DNA of 52,254 bases from an uncultured Bacteroides sp. (lineage in GTDB: Bacteria > Bacteroidota > Bacteroidia > Bacteroidales > JACABE01): the NCBI GenBank assembly GCA_964636105.1, contig CAZWRD010000005.1, positions 1-52,254 of the forward strand. Direction: 5' to 3'. The notes below the pieces were generated by a model that had not been told where the DNA came from, did no database searches, and worked only from the letters and a program-made list of their open reading frames with translations. The position numbers were made by a program, and so were the translations under genes. This document shows positions 1-10,313 of the stretch, piece by piece. Each line of letters opens with the position of its first letter. Within the stretch, counting starts at the first letter, position 1.

Positions 1-1106
1 TTTTTAGCAATTTTTGTTTTCAGATTAATGATTTCCAAGTCTTTAAGTATCAATTCTGTAAATTTATCAATTTCAGCTTTATCACGCTGATAAGCCATTT
101 TCATGTTTTTCTGATAGATATCTTTACTGTTGTTGATGATATCTTTTTGAATTTCAAGAATTTTCTTTTCATTTTTAGTTTGATTCCAGTTCCAAATATT
201 CCAACTAAGTTTAGCACCAACAATATAAAACGATTGAAAATCATTTGAAAGCATATTCAATCCTGGTCTTCCATAACCTAATTGACCAAAACCATAAATC
301 TTAGGCATTAGCTTGGAAGACAATACATTTTGAGTTGCAGATAATTTGTTTTTATTAATTTCAAATGACTTTAATTCAAGACGATTGTTTTCAAAAACAT
401 TTGTGCTAACCGTAATTTCTGGTGTTGAAAACTGGGTGTTATCATTAATTTCAATTCCGCAAAGTTCCTTTAGCATTTCGATATTTGCTTTTTCAACTGA
501 TTTAATTTCAATGATTTTCTGATCAATTTTGATGATTTCTGCCTTCAGATTATCAGCATTACTTTCGTTTATTACGCCATTTTTAACTCCCGATTCAATT
601 TTCTGGAGTTTAAGTCCAATATCTTTTTTTGAAATATCAAGTAACTCATTGTTTTTCTTTAACATAAGAATATTGAAATATAGCAAATTCACTCTTTCTT
701 TGAGTTTATAGATTTCTGTTTCTATATTCTGCTGTTCATTTTGTGTATTAATACTTTCCACTTTCTTTTGCCCTGAAATGCTTCCGCCATCCCATATCAA
801 CTGATTGATATCCAGTGTTGCTTTATACATGTCTTTGGAATTTTCAGGGATATTTACTCCCGGAATATTTAACGACATTTTGGTTACATCCGACTGGTAA
901 GTAGCTTGAGCATTCAGATTTACTTGTGGTAAGTAATTGCTATTCAGATTTATAATTTTTAATTCAGCTGATTTATTAATCATCTCTTTTTGTTTAATTA
1001 AAGGATAATTCTCAGCTGCTTTTTGATAACATAATTGTATATCAATATTTTGAGCATATATATTTGAGCATATTATGCTAATAAACAGAAAAAATATTTT
1101 CTTCAT
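1..1106 (-). CDS. TolC-family outer membrane efflux protein (3' end runs off the window)
   Basis: Absent from the ORF track. Manual translation from the ATG at 1106 (ATGA overlap with the TetR stop) gives MKKIFFLFISIICSNIYAQNIDIQLCYQKAAENYPLIKQK...YLPQVNLNAQATYQSDVT, and later FGQLGYGRPGLNMLSNDF, as in Bacteroidota TolC proteins. Confidence 0.85.
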   Translation of the reverse strand, partial: MKKIFFLFISIICSNIYAQNIDIQLCYQKAAENYPLIKQKEMINKSAELKIINLNSNYLPQVNLNAQATYQSDVTKMSLNIPGVNIPENSKDMYKATLDINQLIWDGGSISGQKKVESINTQNEQQNIETEIYKLKERVNLLYFNILMLKKNNELLDISKKDIGLKLQKIESGVKNGVINESNADNLKAEIIKIDQKIIEIKSVEKANIEMLKELCGIEINDNTQFSTPEITVSTNVFENNRLELKSFEINKNKLSATQNVLSSKLMPKIYGFGQLGYGRPGLNMLSNDFQSFYIVGAKLSWNIWNWNQTKNEKKILEIQKDIINNSKDIYQKNMKMAYQRDKAEIDKFTELILKDLEIINLKTKIAK

Positions 1107-1711
1107 ATTTTTACAGAATTTATGATAAACTGACTGACTTCTTTTTTGCGCTCCAATAAAAATTTATGATATTCGCCAGCATTGTTATCGAATAACATAT
1201 TTTGTAACAAAGGTTTAGCTGCAAACGGGAATACACTTAACGCTATAATGTTAATTATCAAATGTCTGGGGTTTATAGCTCTGATTTTTCCATCATCAAT
1301 ATCTTTTTGAATTCCACTAAAGATAATTTGAGGTTGTATTCCCATTTTTTTCATCATACCTACTATTCTTTCGGGATTTCTGTTTAATTCAGTTAATACA
1401 AATATTGGTATCTGAGGTATTTCTATTATTGTTGTGATGTAATTATCTACAAAAGTTTCCACTTTTTCTTCAAAACTGGCATCAGAATTCATCTTTTCAA
1501 CTACCCGAGGTATGAATTTTTGAAATGCATCATTAAAAATCGCTTCAAAAAGCTTGTCCTTGCTACGAAAATAGTAGTGTAACAATGCTTTATTCATTCC
1601 GGCTTCATCTGCAATTTCCTGCATACGAGCTCCATCATAGCCTTTCTTAAAGAATACCTCTTTGGCTGCTTGTAATATAATTTGCTCAGTTTCTGATTCT
1701 TTTAAAGTCAT
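1103..1711 (-). CDS. TetR/AcrR-family transcriptional regulator
   Basis: N-terminal HTH ILQAAKEVFFKKGYDGARMQEIADEAGMNKALLHYYFRSKDKLF; directly upstream of TolC. Confidence 0.95.
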   Translation of the reverse strand: MTLKESETEQIILQAAKEVFFKKGYDGARMQEIADEAGMNKALLHYYFRSKDKLFEAIFNDAFQKFIPRVVEKMNSDASFEEKVETFVDNYITTIIEIPQIPIFVLTELNRNPERIVGMMKKMGIQPQIIFSGIQKDIDDGKIRAINPRHLIINIIALSVFPFAAKPLLQNMLFDNNAGEYHKFLLERKKEVSQFIINSVKI

Positions 1712-1727
1712 AATAGTTTTTATTTAT

Positions 1728-1787
1728 TGGTTTAACCTTATAGTTTAACCAGATGGCAAAATTATATAAAATTTTTTATTCAACAAA
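1728..1787 (-). promoter_or_regulatory. Bacteroidota sigma-A promoter plus probable TetR operator
   Basis: On the minus strand, -33 TTTG (1784-1787), 19-nt spacer and -7 TAATTTTG (1757-1764). Just downstream is the imperfect inverted repeat TGGTTTAAC-N6-GTTTAACCA (1728-1751). Confidence 0.65.
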
Positions 1788-1807
1788 TTTTTTTATATAA
1801 ATTTTTT

Positions 1808-4216
1808 CTATTTCAGGATAATGATTTCAACACGGCGGTTTTCTCTTGCTTGGTTTTCATTTTTTTCTGGATTCCAAATAGGCTGTAACTTTCCAAATCC
1901 CAATGTTTTAATTCTCATTGCATTGATTCCTTTTTGTACCAATGCAGTTTTAATTTCAGTTGCTCTTTTTAAAGATAATTCATTACAGTAATCTATACTT
2001 CCAACCAAGTCTGTATGACCAATTAACACTGCTTCACAATTCGGTTTTTCTTTCATTATTTTTACATAATTATCAATTACTTCCTTGTATTTTGGTAATA
2101 TTTCGCTTTTATCAAAATCAAAAAGTGTAATAATCTGAGGGGTAGAAGTTGGTTTTAGTTTGCTTATTTTTGCCAGACTATCAGACAATGAAATCTTTGA
2201 ATCACTGTTATTTAATTCTAAAGACATAACATCATAATCTTCTCCAATATATACTTTTGATGATGTTGTTTTTGTTTTGTTTAAATCGTTATATATTAAT
2301 TCAATACTTCTTTCTTTATTGGCAATATTGGGTTTATATGTTATTTCATAGAAATATTTGGTTGTTTTTACAAATTCTCCAAAAACTTTTTCAATAGATT
2401 TATAATTTCTGATGTTATAATGCTTTCCTCCACTTAAACTTGCCATTTCGTCTAATAAACTCATATTTGTGCCTGATCCATAAGATATTATAAACATGGG
2501 AATGTTGTTTTGGCGAGCTTTTGAGATAACTGCATTTGCTGTAACAGCATAATTATCTTCATATTGATATGATGAATTCTCATTTCCATCAGTAAAAAGG
2601 ATTAATCTTTTAAATCTGGCATCTGTACTGTCAAATTGTCTGAAACCCAAATCGGTACCAGCATATAAAGCTGTTGCACCACCCATATCTGTTAATCCTT
2701 TGAATGCATATTTACTATAAATTTCTTTTTTGTTTTCAGTTAAAGGGAGAATACTGTCAAGTTGATCATCAAATTTTACTATAGAAATTCTGTCTTTATC
2801 ATTAGTTAGTTTAATAAATTTATCCATCGATCTTTCTAAATAGCCAATATCTGATGCCATTGAGCCACTATAATCCAACACTACAGAAAAATCACTTTTT
2901 GATTCCATATTATATATTTCTTTGACTTCGAAATTGTTAATCGGATATTTTTTGTCATCTATTATTTCTACCAATTGTTTAAAATATTTTCTGAAAGAAT
3001 TTTTTCTATCGGCTTCAGAAGCTAAATTTGTTACAAAATAACCAGCAGTATCTACAACCAATACATATAGCTTGATTTCTTCAGGATAATTACTTTTGTC
3101 GATACTAAAAATTTCAAAGTTTAATCTGTTTTTTGAACCAATATCAGAAATTGATTTTTTCCCTTCAATAAATTTTCTCTCAATTATTTGAGTATATTTT
3201 GGATATCTGTAAATCAGGTTTTTGTATTTGAAAATCAATTCAAATTTGGTATCTTCATTAATTTTTTGACGAATATTTCCATTTGCTTTTTTCTTATATA
3301 TTCTTTTTCCATTCGAAAAGATAAGGCTGTCAATTTCACTTACTTCCCAGCTCAAATCGATTTCGCCGCCTCTTTCTACTTTTTCCGGACAATTAAATTT
3401 AACCAGGCCTTCGGGCAAAACATACACTTTAAAAATCCTTGAATCGGATTTACCATTTTCTCTATATGCTGTAAATCTGTAGTTTCTTGTTTTCTCAGGT
3501 CTTAATTGAATCTGATCAATTGGTTTGAATTCTTTATCAATTCCTGATATTCTGATTTTAGTGCAATTTCTGAAATTCCAAGAAAGTGTTATTTCTTCTC
3601 CCGAACAAATTACAGTATCGCCATAAATATGGTCAGGTAAACGCATATTTAATTTTAATTTTCTTTCGGTTATGCGACCATTTTTATTGTGTGCTCTGAT
3701 TACAAAACTTTGTGTCGAGTCGGGAATTATGCTAAAATAGCCTTCAATTCCTAAGCTATCTTGTTTGTTATCAATAGTTACAAAAGCAGAATTGATTGCT
3801 TTCCAACTTATTAATACCGGATCTTCATCATAAATTCTTTTTGGATAATATATTTCTTCAAAATCAGGTAATTGTACATTTAAGCGTGTTGAAAACTTTT
3901 TTTCTTTTCCATCTTTATTTTTTACTTTCAAATAATAGGTTTTGCTTTGTTCGGGGTAAACCAACATTTCGCCAGTAAACGGGGCATCTTCTTGAAAATC
4001 TTCAATTTGTATGTTTGTAATATTTTGATTTGGAAAAACTTCCCATTTCAGAATGGTAGAATCACCTTGTAAAACTCGTTTTGATTTTGTTGTAAAAATG
4101 GCATCAATTGAGGGCTTGTTACAAGAGAAAAATACAAAAGCAAGAATAAAAAGAAATAAATAATGTATGGTCTTAGAAAATATCAATTGATTTTCAATAG
4201 GTTTAAGTTTAGTCAT
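1808..4216 (-). CDS. Lipoprotein with Ig-like repeats, VWA domain and C-terminal OmpA-like peptidoglycan-binding domain
   Basis: Lipobox-like FFSC; four repeats containing an LxW/IxW motif; MIDAS DYSGS...T...TDG; OmpA-C motifs LFDFDKS, GHTD, NELSLKRA, ENRRVE. Start uncertain (ATG 4216 or TTG 4240). Confidence 0.85.
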   Translation of the reverse strand: MTKLKPIENQLIFSKTIHYLFLFILAFVFFSCNKPSIDAIFTTKSKRVLQGDSTILKWEVFPNQNITNIQIEDFQEDAPFTGEMLVYPEQSKTYYLKVKNKDGKEKKFSTRLNVQLPDFEEIYYPKRIYDEDPVLISWKAINSAFVTIDNKQDSLGIEGYFSIIPDSTQSFVIRAHNKNGRITERKLKLNMRLPDHIYGDTVICSGEEITLSWNFRNCTKIRISGIDKEFKPIDQIQLRPEKTRNYRFTAYRENGKSDSRIFKVYVLPEGLVKFNCPEKVERGGEIDLSWEVSEIDSLIFSNGKRIYKKKANGNIRQKINEDTKFELIFKYKNLIYRYPKYTQIIERKFIEGKKSISDIGSKNRLNFEIFSIDKSNYPEEIKLYVLVVDTAGYFVTNLASEADRKNSFRKYFKQLVEIIDDKKYPINNFEVKEIYNMESKSDFSVVLDYSGSMASDIGYLERSMDKFIKLTNDKDRISIVKFDDQLDSILPLTENKKEIYSKYAFKGLTDMGGATALYAGTDLGFRQFDSTDARFKRLILFTDGNENSSYQYEDNYAVTANAVISKARQNNIPMFIISYGSGTNMSLLDEMASLSGGKHYNIRNYKSIEKVFGEFVKTTKYFYEITYKPNIANKERSIELIYNDLNKTKTTSSKVYIGEDYDVMSLELNNSDSKISLSDSLAKISKLKPTSTPQIITLFDFDKSEILPKYKEVIDNYVKIMKEKPNCEAVLIGHTDLVGSIDYCNELSLKRATEIKTALVQKGINAMRIKTLGFGKLQPIWNPEKNENQARENRRVEIIILK

Positions 4217-4467
4217 ATTTTTTTTAAGTTTATTCAACAATAACGAGAATTCATATAACTTAAGTATTATTATTAGGTTTTTATACTAAAAAACCCGAAA
4301 AAAGTTTCATAAGTAGTTTAATATCAATATAAATTATTTTTGTTTTTGAAATTAAGTAAAAGAAAATCATTATTAATAATAATAAGGTTTGTAATAGATT
4401 TAAAGTGTAGATAACCAAATAATTATATGCATTTTTTAATTTAATATTGATTATCTGAAAATTATCA

Positions 4468-4499
4468 ATTTGTATAATTTTTAATATTTCATACCTTTG
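4468..4499 (+). promoter_or_regulatory. Bacteroidota sigma-A promoter
   Basis: TTTG (4468-4471), 20-nt spacer, TACCTTTG (4492-4499), upstream of the ATG at 4553. Confidence 0.6.
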
Positions 4500-4552
4500 C
4501 CGTTTATAAATCGTTGGTATTCGTTTTCGATTACTTTCAAAATATTTTTCAA

Positions 4553-5335
4553 ATGAAGTATATTATCAAATTTTTTATAAATCTTATTCCCCGCAAATAC
4601 ATTCAATTAGTTAGTCATATTGCTACTAAAGTGTTGGCATTGTTTTATATTGGTGATAAAGTTGAATGTCCTGTTTGTTCTCATAAATATCGAAAATTTT
4701 TACCTTACGGATATGTAACTCCACGCGAAAATGCATTGTGTCCTAATTGTTTAGCTCTGGAACGTCATCGATTGATGTATTTGTTTTTGAAAGAGAAAAC
4801 TAATTTCTTTACCGAAAAGATAAAGTTATTACATGTAGCTCCCGAATATTGTTTTATTGATCGTTTTGAGAAACTTAGCAATATAGATTATGTAACGGCA
4901 GATTTAGAATCGCCTTTAGCTAAAGTTAAAATGGATGTTCAAAATATTCCATTTCCCGATAATCATTTTGATGTTTTGTTTTGCAATCATATAATGGAAC
5001 ATGTTGATGATTATGTTGTTGCATTGTCGGAACTTTATCGTGTATTGAAACCCGGAGGTTGGGGAATTATACAATCACCAATTAACGAAAAGAGGCTAAC
5101 AACATACGAAGATAAAAGCATTGTTTCGCCAGCCGAGCGTGAAAAACATTTCGGTCAAAAAGATCATTTGCGTGAATTTGGCGTAGATTATGCACTTCAA
5201 TTGAAAAAAGGTGGTTTTGAAGTCGTTGCAGATAATTTTATTGATACACTAAGTAAAGAAACCATCAGCAAATATGCTTTATTGGCTTATGATAAAATTA
5301 CTATTGAAGAAATTATTTTTGTGGTAAGAAAATAA
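4553..5335 (+). CDS. Class I SAM-dependent methyltransferase with N-terminal Zn-ribbon-like cysteines
   Basis: CPVC...CPNC pair, LLHVAPE, DVQNIPFPDNHFDVLFCNHIMEHV, ELYRVLKPGG. ATG 4553 preferred over TTG 4514. Confidence 0.85.
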   Translation: MKYIIKFFINLIPRKYIQLVSHIATKVLALFYIGDKVECPVCSHKYRKFLPYGYVTPRENALCPNCLALERHRLMYLFLKEKTNFFTEKIKLLHVAPEYCFIDRFEKLSNIDYVTADLESPLAKVKMDVQNIPFPDNHFDVLFCNHIMEHVDDYVVALSELYRVLKPGGWGIIQSPINEKRLTTYEDKSIVSPAEREKHFGQKDHLREFGVDYALQLKKGGFEVVADNFIDTLSKETISKYALLAYDKITIEEIIFVVRK

Positions 5336-5343
5336 CAAAAGCG

Positions 5344-5376
5344 AAGCTGACCAAAAAATATTCTTGATCAGCTTTT
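5344..5376 (+). terminator. Intrinsic terminator-like hairpin
   Basis: AAGCTGACCAA...TTGATCAGCTT followed by TT, between convergent genes. Confidence 0.55.
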
Positions 5377-5473
5377 GAAAGTTAAATATTGTTGATATTC
5401 AATCGCTAATATGGTTACTAGCGGATTTAAAACAGTTTCTTATATTATGATAATGTTTCAGAATCTTTATGCA

Positions 5474-6460
5474 TTATTCTTCCTCTTCAATAATATCAAG
5501 TAATTTATCTAAGTAATTCGGACCAATTCTTGAAGTTGATCCAATATTAATCTGAATAAAAATTTCCTCTCCAGTTTTACTATTAGAAATAGTATAGCTA
5601 CTACTATATGGAACTTTAACCATGTAATAAATTGGTTCTTCGCTATTTAATATCAAGTTATTTAATTCATCCATCGAAACTACTTTGTATTTGTATGAAT
5701 AAGGAGCAAATACAGTAGCAGGTTTAACAGATTGTTTTTTGTTTTTCTTATAATTATTTAAAGTAAAGCCAGAGTTATCAATAAATACAGCGGTTGGGAC
5801 ATATAATACACCTTTGCTCATTTTTAAAATTTGCTCTTTATCTGCAAATTGTACAGATTTGTAATACTCTTTTCTTTTGGTTTTTAACCTCGATTGAAGT
5901 TGTTGCAGTTCATTTTTGAATATACCTAATCCTTTATAAACAGGATAACCGTTTCCAAAATATTCACCTGTCATAACTTGTTCAATAGTAAAGTTATCAG
6001 ATCGGTCAAAACATAAGCCAATAGATTCTAGATTAAATGATAATAAACCAAAATCTATTTCCATATCTGGATCGTTTTTCTTTTTTATTTTTTTCAAATA
6101 GTCAGCATTAGGAGTCCATAATGAATAGTAAAAACTGTTAAAAGCTGCTGGTTTATCAAAATCAAAACCTTCTGTATAACTTACTGTAAGACTTAGAAAA
6201 AAATTGCCTTCTTTCAGATAATCTCCAATTTCTTTTGGGCTGATAATTTCAATTTTGGAAAACGTCCAATAATCTTCTAAGATTTTTGCATATTCTGCAT
6301 TTTTTTCATGAGCTTCTAAATCAACAACAGCATAAAGAGTTGAGTTTTTTAGTTTTTCAATTGTTTTAACTTCAGCTGGAGTTCTTGTTTGAGATAATAA
6401 TACATTTTGATTTGTCAAACTCAAAATAAATAAAATAAATAAAAAAGTAATTTTTTTCAT
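5474..6460 (-). CDS. Hypothetical exported protein
   Basis: 328-aa ORF with Sec-type signal MKKITFLFILFILSLTNQNVLLSQ; upstream TAACTTTG box at 6568-6575 (minus); no recognised motif. Confidence 0.75.
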   Translation of the reverse strand: MKKITFLFILFILSLTNQNVLLSQTRTPAEVKTIEKLKNSTLYAVVDLEAHEKNAEYAKILEDYWTFSKIEIISPKEIGDYLKEGNFFLSLTVSYTEGFDFDKPAAFNSFYYSLWTPNADYLKKIKKKNDPDMEIDFGLLSFNLESIGLCFDRSDNFTIEQVMTGEYFGNGYPVYKGLGIFKNELQQLQSRLKTKRKEYYKSVQFADKEQILKMSKGVLYVPTAVFIDNSGFTLNNYKKNKKQSVKPATVFAPYSYKYKVVSMDELNNLILNSEEPIYYMVKVPYSSSYTISNSKTGEEIFIQINIGSTSRIGPNYLDKLLDIIEEEE

Positions 6461-6825
6461 ATGTAAAATTGTTTAAATTGCTGTATATTAATAATTAATG
6501 AATAAAAATTGTGTATTTACATCATTATTTGCAAAAATAATTTATTTATAACCAAGATTTAACTAAGCAAAGTTATAATTATTTTTGAAAACCAAAGCGA
6601 AAATTTAAAAAAACAATAAAATAAGTATTATAAATTATAAAAATAGATAAATACTGAAATGAAGTGAAAAGTCCAATTCGTTTCGCTTATAAAACGATAA
6701 CATATATTAATAGTGGATGAAATAGTTTATCAATCCCTTCGTTATAATCTGTGTTTGTTGAAAATAAAATTCAGAATTAATCATTCCTAAAAATTCCGTA
6801 AATTTGCAGATTAAAATTGCTATAA

Positions 6826-7824
6826 ATGGAAAACTCAGAGAAATATGCAGTAATTGGAAGTGGAAGTTGGGCTACTGCTTTGGTTAAAATACTTCAGAAT
6901 AGCGTAGATTGTGTAAATTGGTGGGTTAGAGAACCAGAAATTAAAGAAGCAGTTGAAAAGTTTCATCATAATCCAATTTATTTAAGTTCAGTTGAATTTG
7001 ATATTAATAAGTTGTTTATCAGCAATAATGTTGAAGAAATTATTGAAAAATCTACACATTTGCTTTTTGTAGTACCGGCAGCTTTTTTAAATGATGCTAT
7101 CGGAAATCTGAATCCTGAAATATTAAATAATAAAAAGATACTTTCGGCAATAAAAGGGATTATACCAAGTCATAATTTGATAATTGCCGATTATTTTAAT
7201 CAAGTATTTAATATTGATTTTCAAGATATTTGCATTATTAGTGGACCCTCTCATGCCGAAGAAATTGCATTAGAAAAGTTAACTTATCTCACAGTTGCTT
7301 CCCAAAATCCAGAAATGGCTGAAAATGTAGCTAAAACACTGGCTTGTAGATATGTTAAGACGTCAACTTCTGATGATATTTATGGTACAGAATATGCCGC
7401 CGTTTTAAAAAACATTTATGCCATTGCTGCTGGTGTTTGTAAAGGTTTGGGTTATGGGGATAATTTTCTTGCAGTATTAATATCGAATGCACTACAGGAA
7501 ATGGAAAGGTTTATTGCAGAAGTGCATCCAATAAATAGAGAATTAAGTAATTCTGTATATCTCGGCGATTTGATGGTAACAGCATATTCTCAATTTAGTC
7601 GTAATCGAACTTTTGGAGCTATGATTGGTGCCGGTTATTCAGTAAAATCAGCACAGTTGGAAATGAAAATGATTGCGGAAGGCTATTATGCAACCAATTG
7701 CATTCATATTATAAATGAAAAATATCAAGTTGAAATGCCAATAGCAGAAGCAATGTATAATATTATTTATGAAAATATTTCTCCTTTTATCGAAATAAAA
7801 ATACTTTCTGACAGGCTAAAATAA
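6826..7824 (+). CDS. gpsA: NAD(P)H-dependent glycerol-3-phosphate dehydrogenase
   Basis: GSGSWATA Rossmann motif, SGPSHAEE, LKNIYAIAAG, GDLMVTAYSQFSRN, AEGYY. Confidence 0.95.
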   Translation: MENSEKYAVIGSGSWATALVKILQNSVDCVNWWVREPEIKEAVEKFHHNPIYLSSVEFDINKLFISNNVEEIIEKSTHLLFVVPAAFLNDAIGNLNPEILNNKKILSAIKGIIPSHNLIIADYFNQVFNIDFQDICIISGPSHAEEIALEKLTYLTVASQNPEMAENVAKTLACRYVKTSTSDDIYGTEYAAVLKNIYAIAAGVCKGLGYGDNFLAVLISNALQEMERFIAEVHPINRELSNSVYLGDLMVTAYSQFSRNRTFGAMIGAGYSVKSAQLEMKMIAEGYYATNCIHIINEKYQVEMPIAEAMYNIIYENISPFIEIKILSDRLK

Positions 7825-7930
7825 GATTTCATCGAATAAATCGAACCATTGACATTATTAACTGTTCTTTTTCAGTTCATTTATATAATTTTGTATAAAC
7901 TTAATTTATTCATTAAATAAAAAATCAAAC

Positions 7931-10093
7931 ATGAAAAAACTTTTTCTTATCCTATTCATTACTATTGGATTAGGATCATTTTCTTTGTCAGCACGAGCCA
8001 TTAATCCACCTGATGAGGGGATGTGGTTACCAATGTTTTTAGAAAGACTAAACTATGTTGATATGCAAAAAATGGGCCTTCGCCTTACTGCTGAAGAATT
8101 ATATAGCATAAATCATTCTAGTTTGAAAGATGCTATTGTAAATTTTGGTGGTTTTTGCACCGCAGAAGTAATATCAAAAGAAGGTTTGTTGTTAACTAAT
8201 CATCATTGTGGTTATGAAGCAATTCAAAAGCATAGTTCTGTTGAACATGATTATTTAACTCATGGTTTTTGGGCTTACAAAAAAACCGAGGAAATTCCTA
8301 CAGAAGGTTTAACAGCAACCTTTCTGGTTCGTATGGAAGATGTTACAAAAAGGGTTTTAGAAAATGTAAGTGATACGATGTCAAATTCTTCAAGAAGATC
8401 TGCTGTTAGTAAAGTTATTGAAAAGATAAAAAAAGAAGCTTCTGAAAAAGGAAAATATACAGTTGAAGTTAAAGGATTTTTTGATAACAACGAGTATTAT
8501 ATGTTTGTATATGAAGTATATGAAGATGTTCGTTTGGTAGGAGCACCACCATCAGCAATTGGAAAATTTGGTGGAGATACTGATAATTGGATGTGGCCTC
8601 GTCATACAGGTGATTTCAGTATGTTTAGAGTTTATACAGCTCCTGACGGAAAACCAGCAAAATTCTCAAAAGATAATATACCTTTGGTTCCAAAACATTC
8701 ATTACCATTGAATATAAAAGGATTAAAGAAAAACGATTATGCTATGATATGGGGTTATCCTGGAAGCACTGAGCGTTATATGACTTCTTTTGGTATTCAA
8801 TCAACATTAGATCAAGCCAATCCTGCAATAATTACAGCTGGAAACACTATGCTTCCGGTAATGAAAAAAGATATGGATGCTGATGCAGATACACGAATTA
8901 AATATGCAACTACGTATGCACAATTTGCCAATGTTTGGAAAAATAAAATTGGCGAAAGCAGAGGTTTGAAACGTTTAAAAGTTTATGATAAGAAAAAGGC
9001 ATTGGAAGATGAATTAGAAGCATGGATAAATGCAAATCCAAGCAGAATAGCAAAATATGGTAATGTTGTAAAAGATTTGCAAAGTGCTTATAGCCAGCAA
9101 ATGGCAAAAAAAGCAGAAATGAACTTGTGGTTCTTCCAAGGTTTATTAATGAGTTCAAAAACCATGTTGATGCCATTGCAAGCTATGGGTATTTCTGCAT
9201 TATTGGACAAAAAAGATACTAAAGCTGAAGCTTTTGACGAGTATAAAGAGATTGCAAAAGAATTATATAAAGATACAAAGCCAGGTACTGAAAAGAAATT
9301 ATTTGCTGCCGGATTGGAAATGTATCGCAAGGAATTACCTAAAGAAATGTTACCAGATATTTTTGATTTTATTGAAAAGGAATATAAAGGTGATATTCAG
9401 AAGTTTACTGATGAAGCTTTTGAAACATCTATGTTTGCTTCGTTAGAATCTTTTGATAAATTCTTAGAAAAACCTAATGCCAAAAAATTTAAAAAAGATT
9501 TAATAAACAAAGTAACAATGAGCATCTATAATTCTTATATAAAAGCAAATTCAGAATTAAAGGATGTAAATACCAAATTGAGTGTAGCAAAACGCTTGTT
9601 CTCAGCTGCTTTACGTGAAATGCAACCTGATAAAAAATTCTATCCCGATGCAAACTTCACGATGAGAATGACTTACGGTAAGGTTTTGGATTATTATCCT
9701 GCAGATGCTGTTCATTATGACTTTGTAACTACACTTAAAGGTGTTATGGAAAAAGAAGATCCAACTAATGATGAATTTATAGTTCCTGCAAAATTAAAAG
9801 AACTTTATAATAAAAAAGATTTCGGCAGATATGCTACCAATGGTGATATTGTTACTTGTTTTTTAACAACAAATGATATTACAGGAGGAAATTCGGGCAG
9901 TCCGGTTATAAATGGTGATGGACACTTAATTGGTGTTGCTTTTGATGGAAACTGGGAAGCCATGAGCGGAGATATTGCTTTTGAACCCGAATTGCAAAGA
10001 ACCATTTGTATGGATGTAAGATACGTTTTATTTATCGTTGATAAATATGCAAATGCACAAAATCTGATTAAAGAAATGAATATTGTTGAATAA
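7931..10093 (+). CDS. dpp7: S46-family dipeptidyl peptidase, DPP7 type
   Basis: DEGMW, TNHHC, DNWMWPRHTGDF, TGGNSGSP. The S1-site motif is FDGNWE (Gly, as in DPP7) rather than FDRNWE (DPP11). Confidence 0.9.
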   Translation: MKKLFLILFITIGLGSFSLSARAINPPDEGMWLPMFLERLNYVDMQKMGLRLTAEELYSINHSSLKDAIVNFGGFCTAEVISKEGLLLTNHHCGYEAIQKHSSVEHDYLTHGFWAYKKTEEIPTEGLTATFLVRMEDVTKRVLENVSDTMSNSSRRSAVSKVIEKIKKEASEKGKYTVEVKGFFDNNEYYMFVYEVYEDVRLVGAPPSAIGKFGGDTDNWMWPRHTGDFSMFRVYTAPDGKPAKFSKDNIPLVPKHSLPLNIKGLKKNDYAMIWGYPGSTERYMTSFGIQSTLDQANPAIITAGNTMLPVMKKDMDADADTRIKYATTYAQFANVWKNKIGESRGLKRLKVYDKKKALEDELEAWINANPSRIAKYGNVVKDLQSAYSQQMAKKAEMNLWFFQGLLMSSKTMLMPLQAMGISALLDKKDTKAEAFDEYKEIAKELYKDTKPGTEKKLFAAGLEMYRKELPKEMLPDIFDFIEKEYKGDIQKFTDEAFETSMFASLESFDKFLEKPNAKKFKKDLINKVTMSIYNSYIKANSELKDVNTKLSVAKRLFSAALREMQPDKKFYPDANFTMRMTYGKVLDYYPADAVHYDFVTTLKGVMEKEDPTNDEFIVPAKLKELYNKKDFGRYATNGDIVTCFLTTNDITGGNSGSPVINGDGHLIGVAFDGNWEAMSGDIAFEPELQRTICMDVRYVLFIVDKYANAQNLIKEMNIVE

Positions 10094-10107
10094 AAAAATA
10101 TTTTATA

Positions 10108-10141
10108 AAAAAAGCCTTCCAGTTTACGGAAGGCTTTTTTT
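10108..10141 (+). terminator. Rho-independent terminator
   Basis: AAAAAAGCCTTCC-AGTTTAC-GGAAGGCTTTTTT. Confidence 0.9.
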
Positions 10142-10313
10142 ATATTATAAAACGATATAGAAGTATATTTATTGAAATATTTTTCAATTCTAATTATAAT
10201 ATTTATTCATAAAAAAACGTAGATAAAGAATAAAATATTCAATTTTTTTATATTTATGATTTAAAGTATTAATTTTACACTTTGTTTTTTATAAACTTTA
10301 TAAGAAAAATAGA

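Noticed and set aside
7931-10093. DPP11 (Asp/Glu-specific) assignment
   Set aside because: The S1 motif is FDGNWE rather than FDRNWE.
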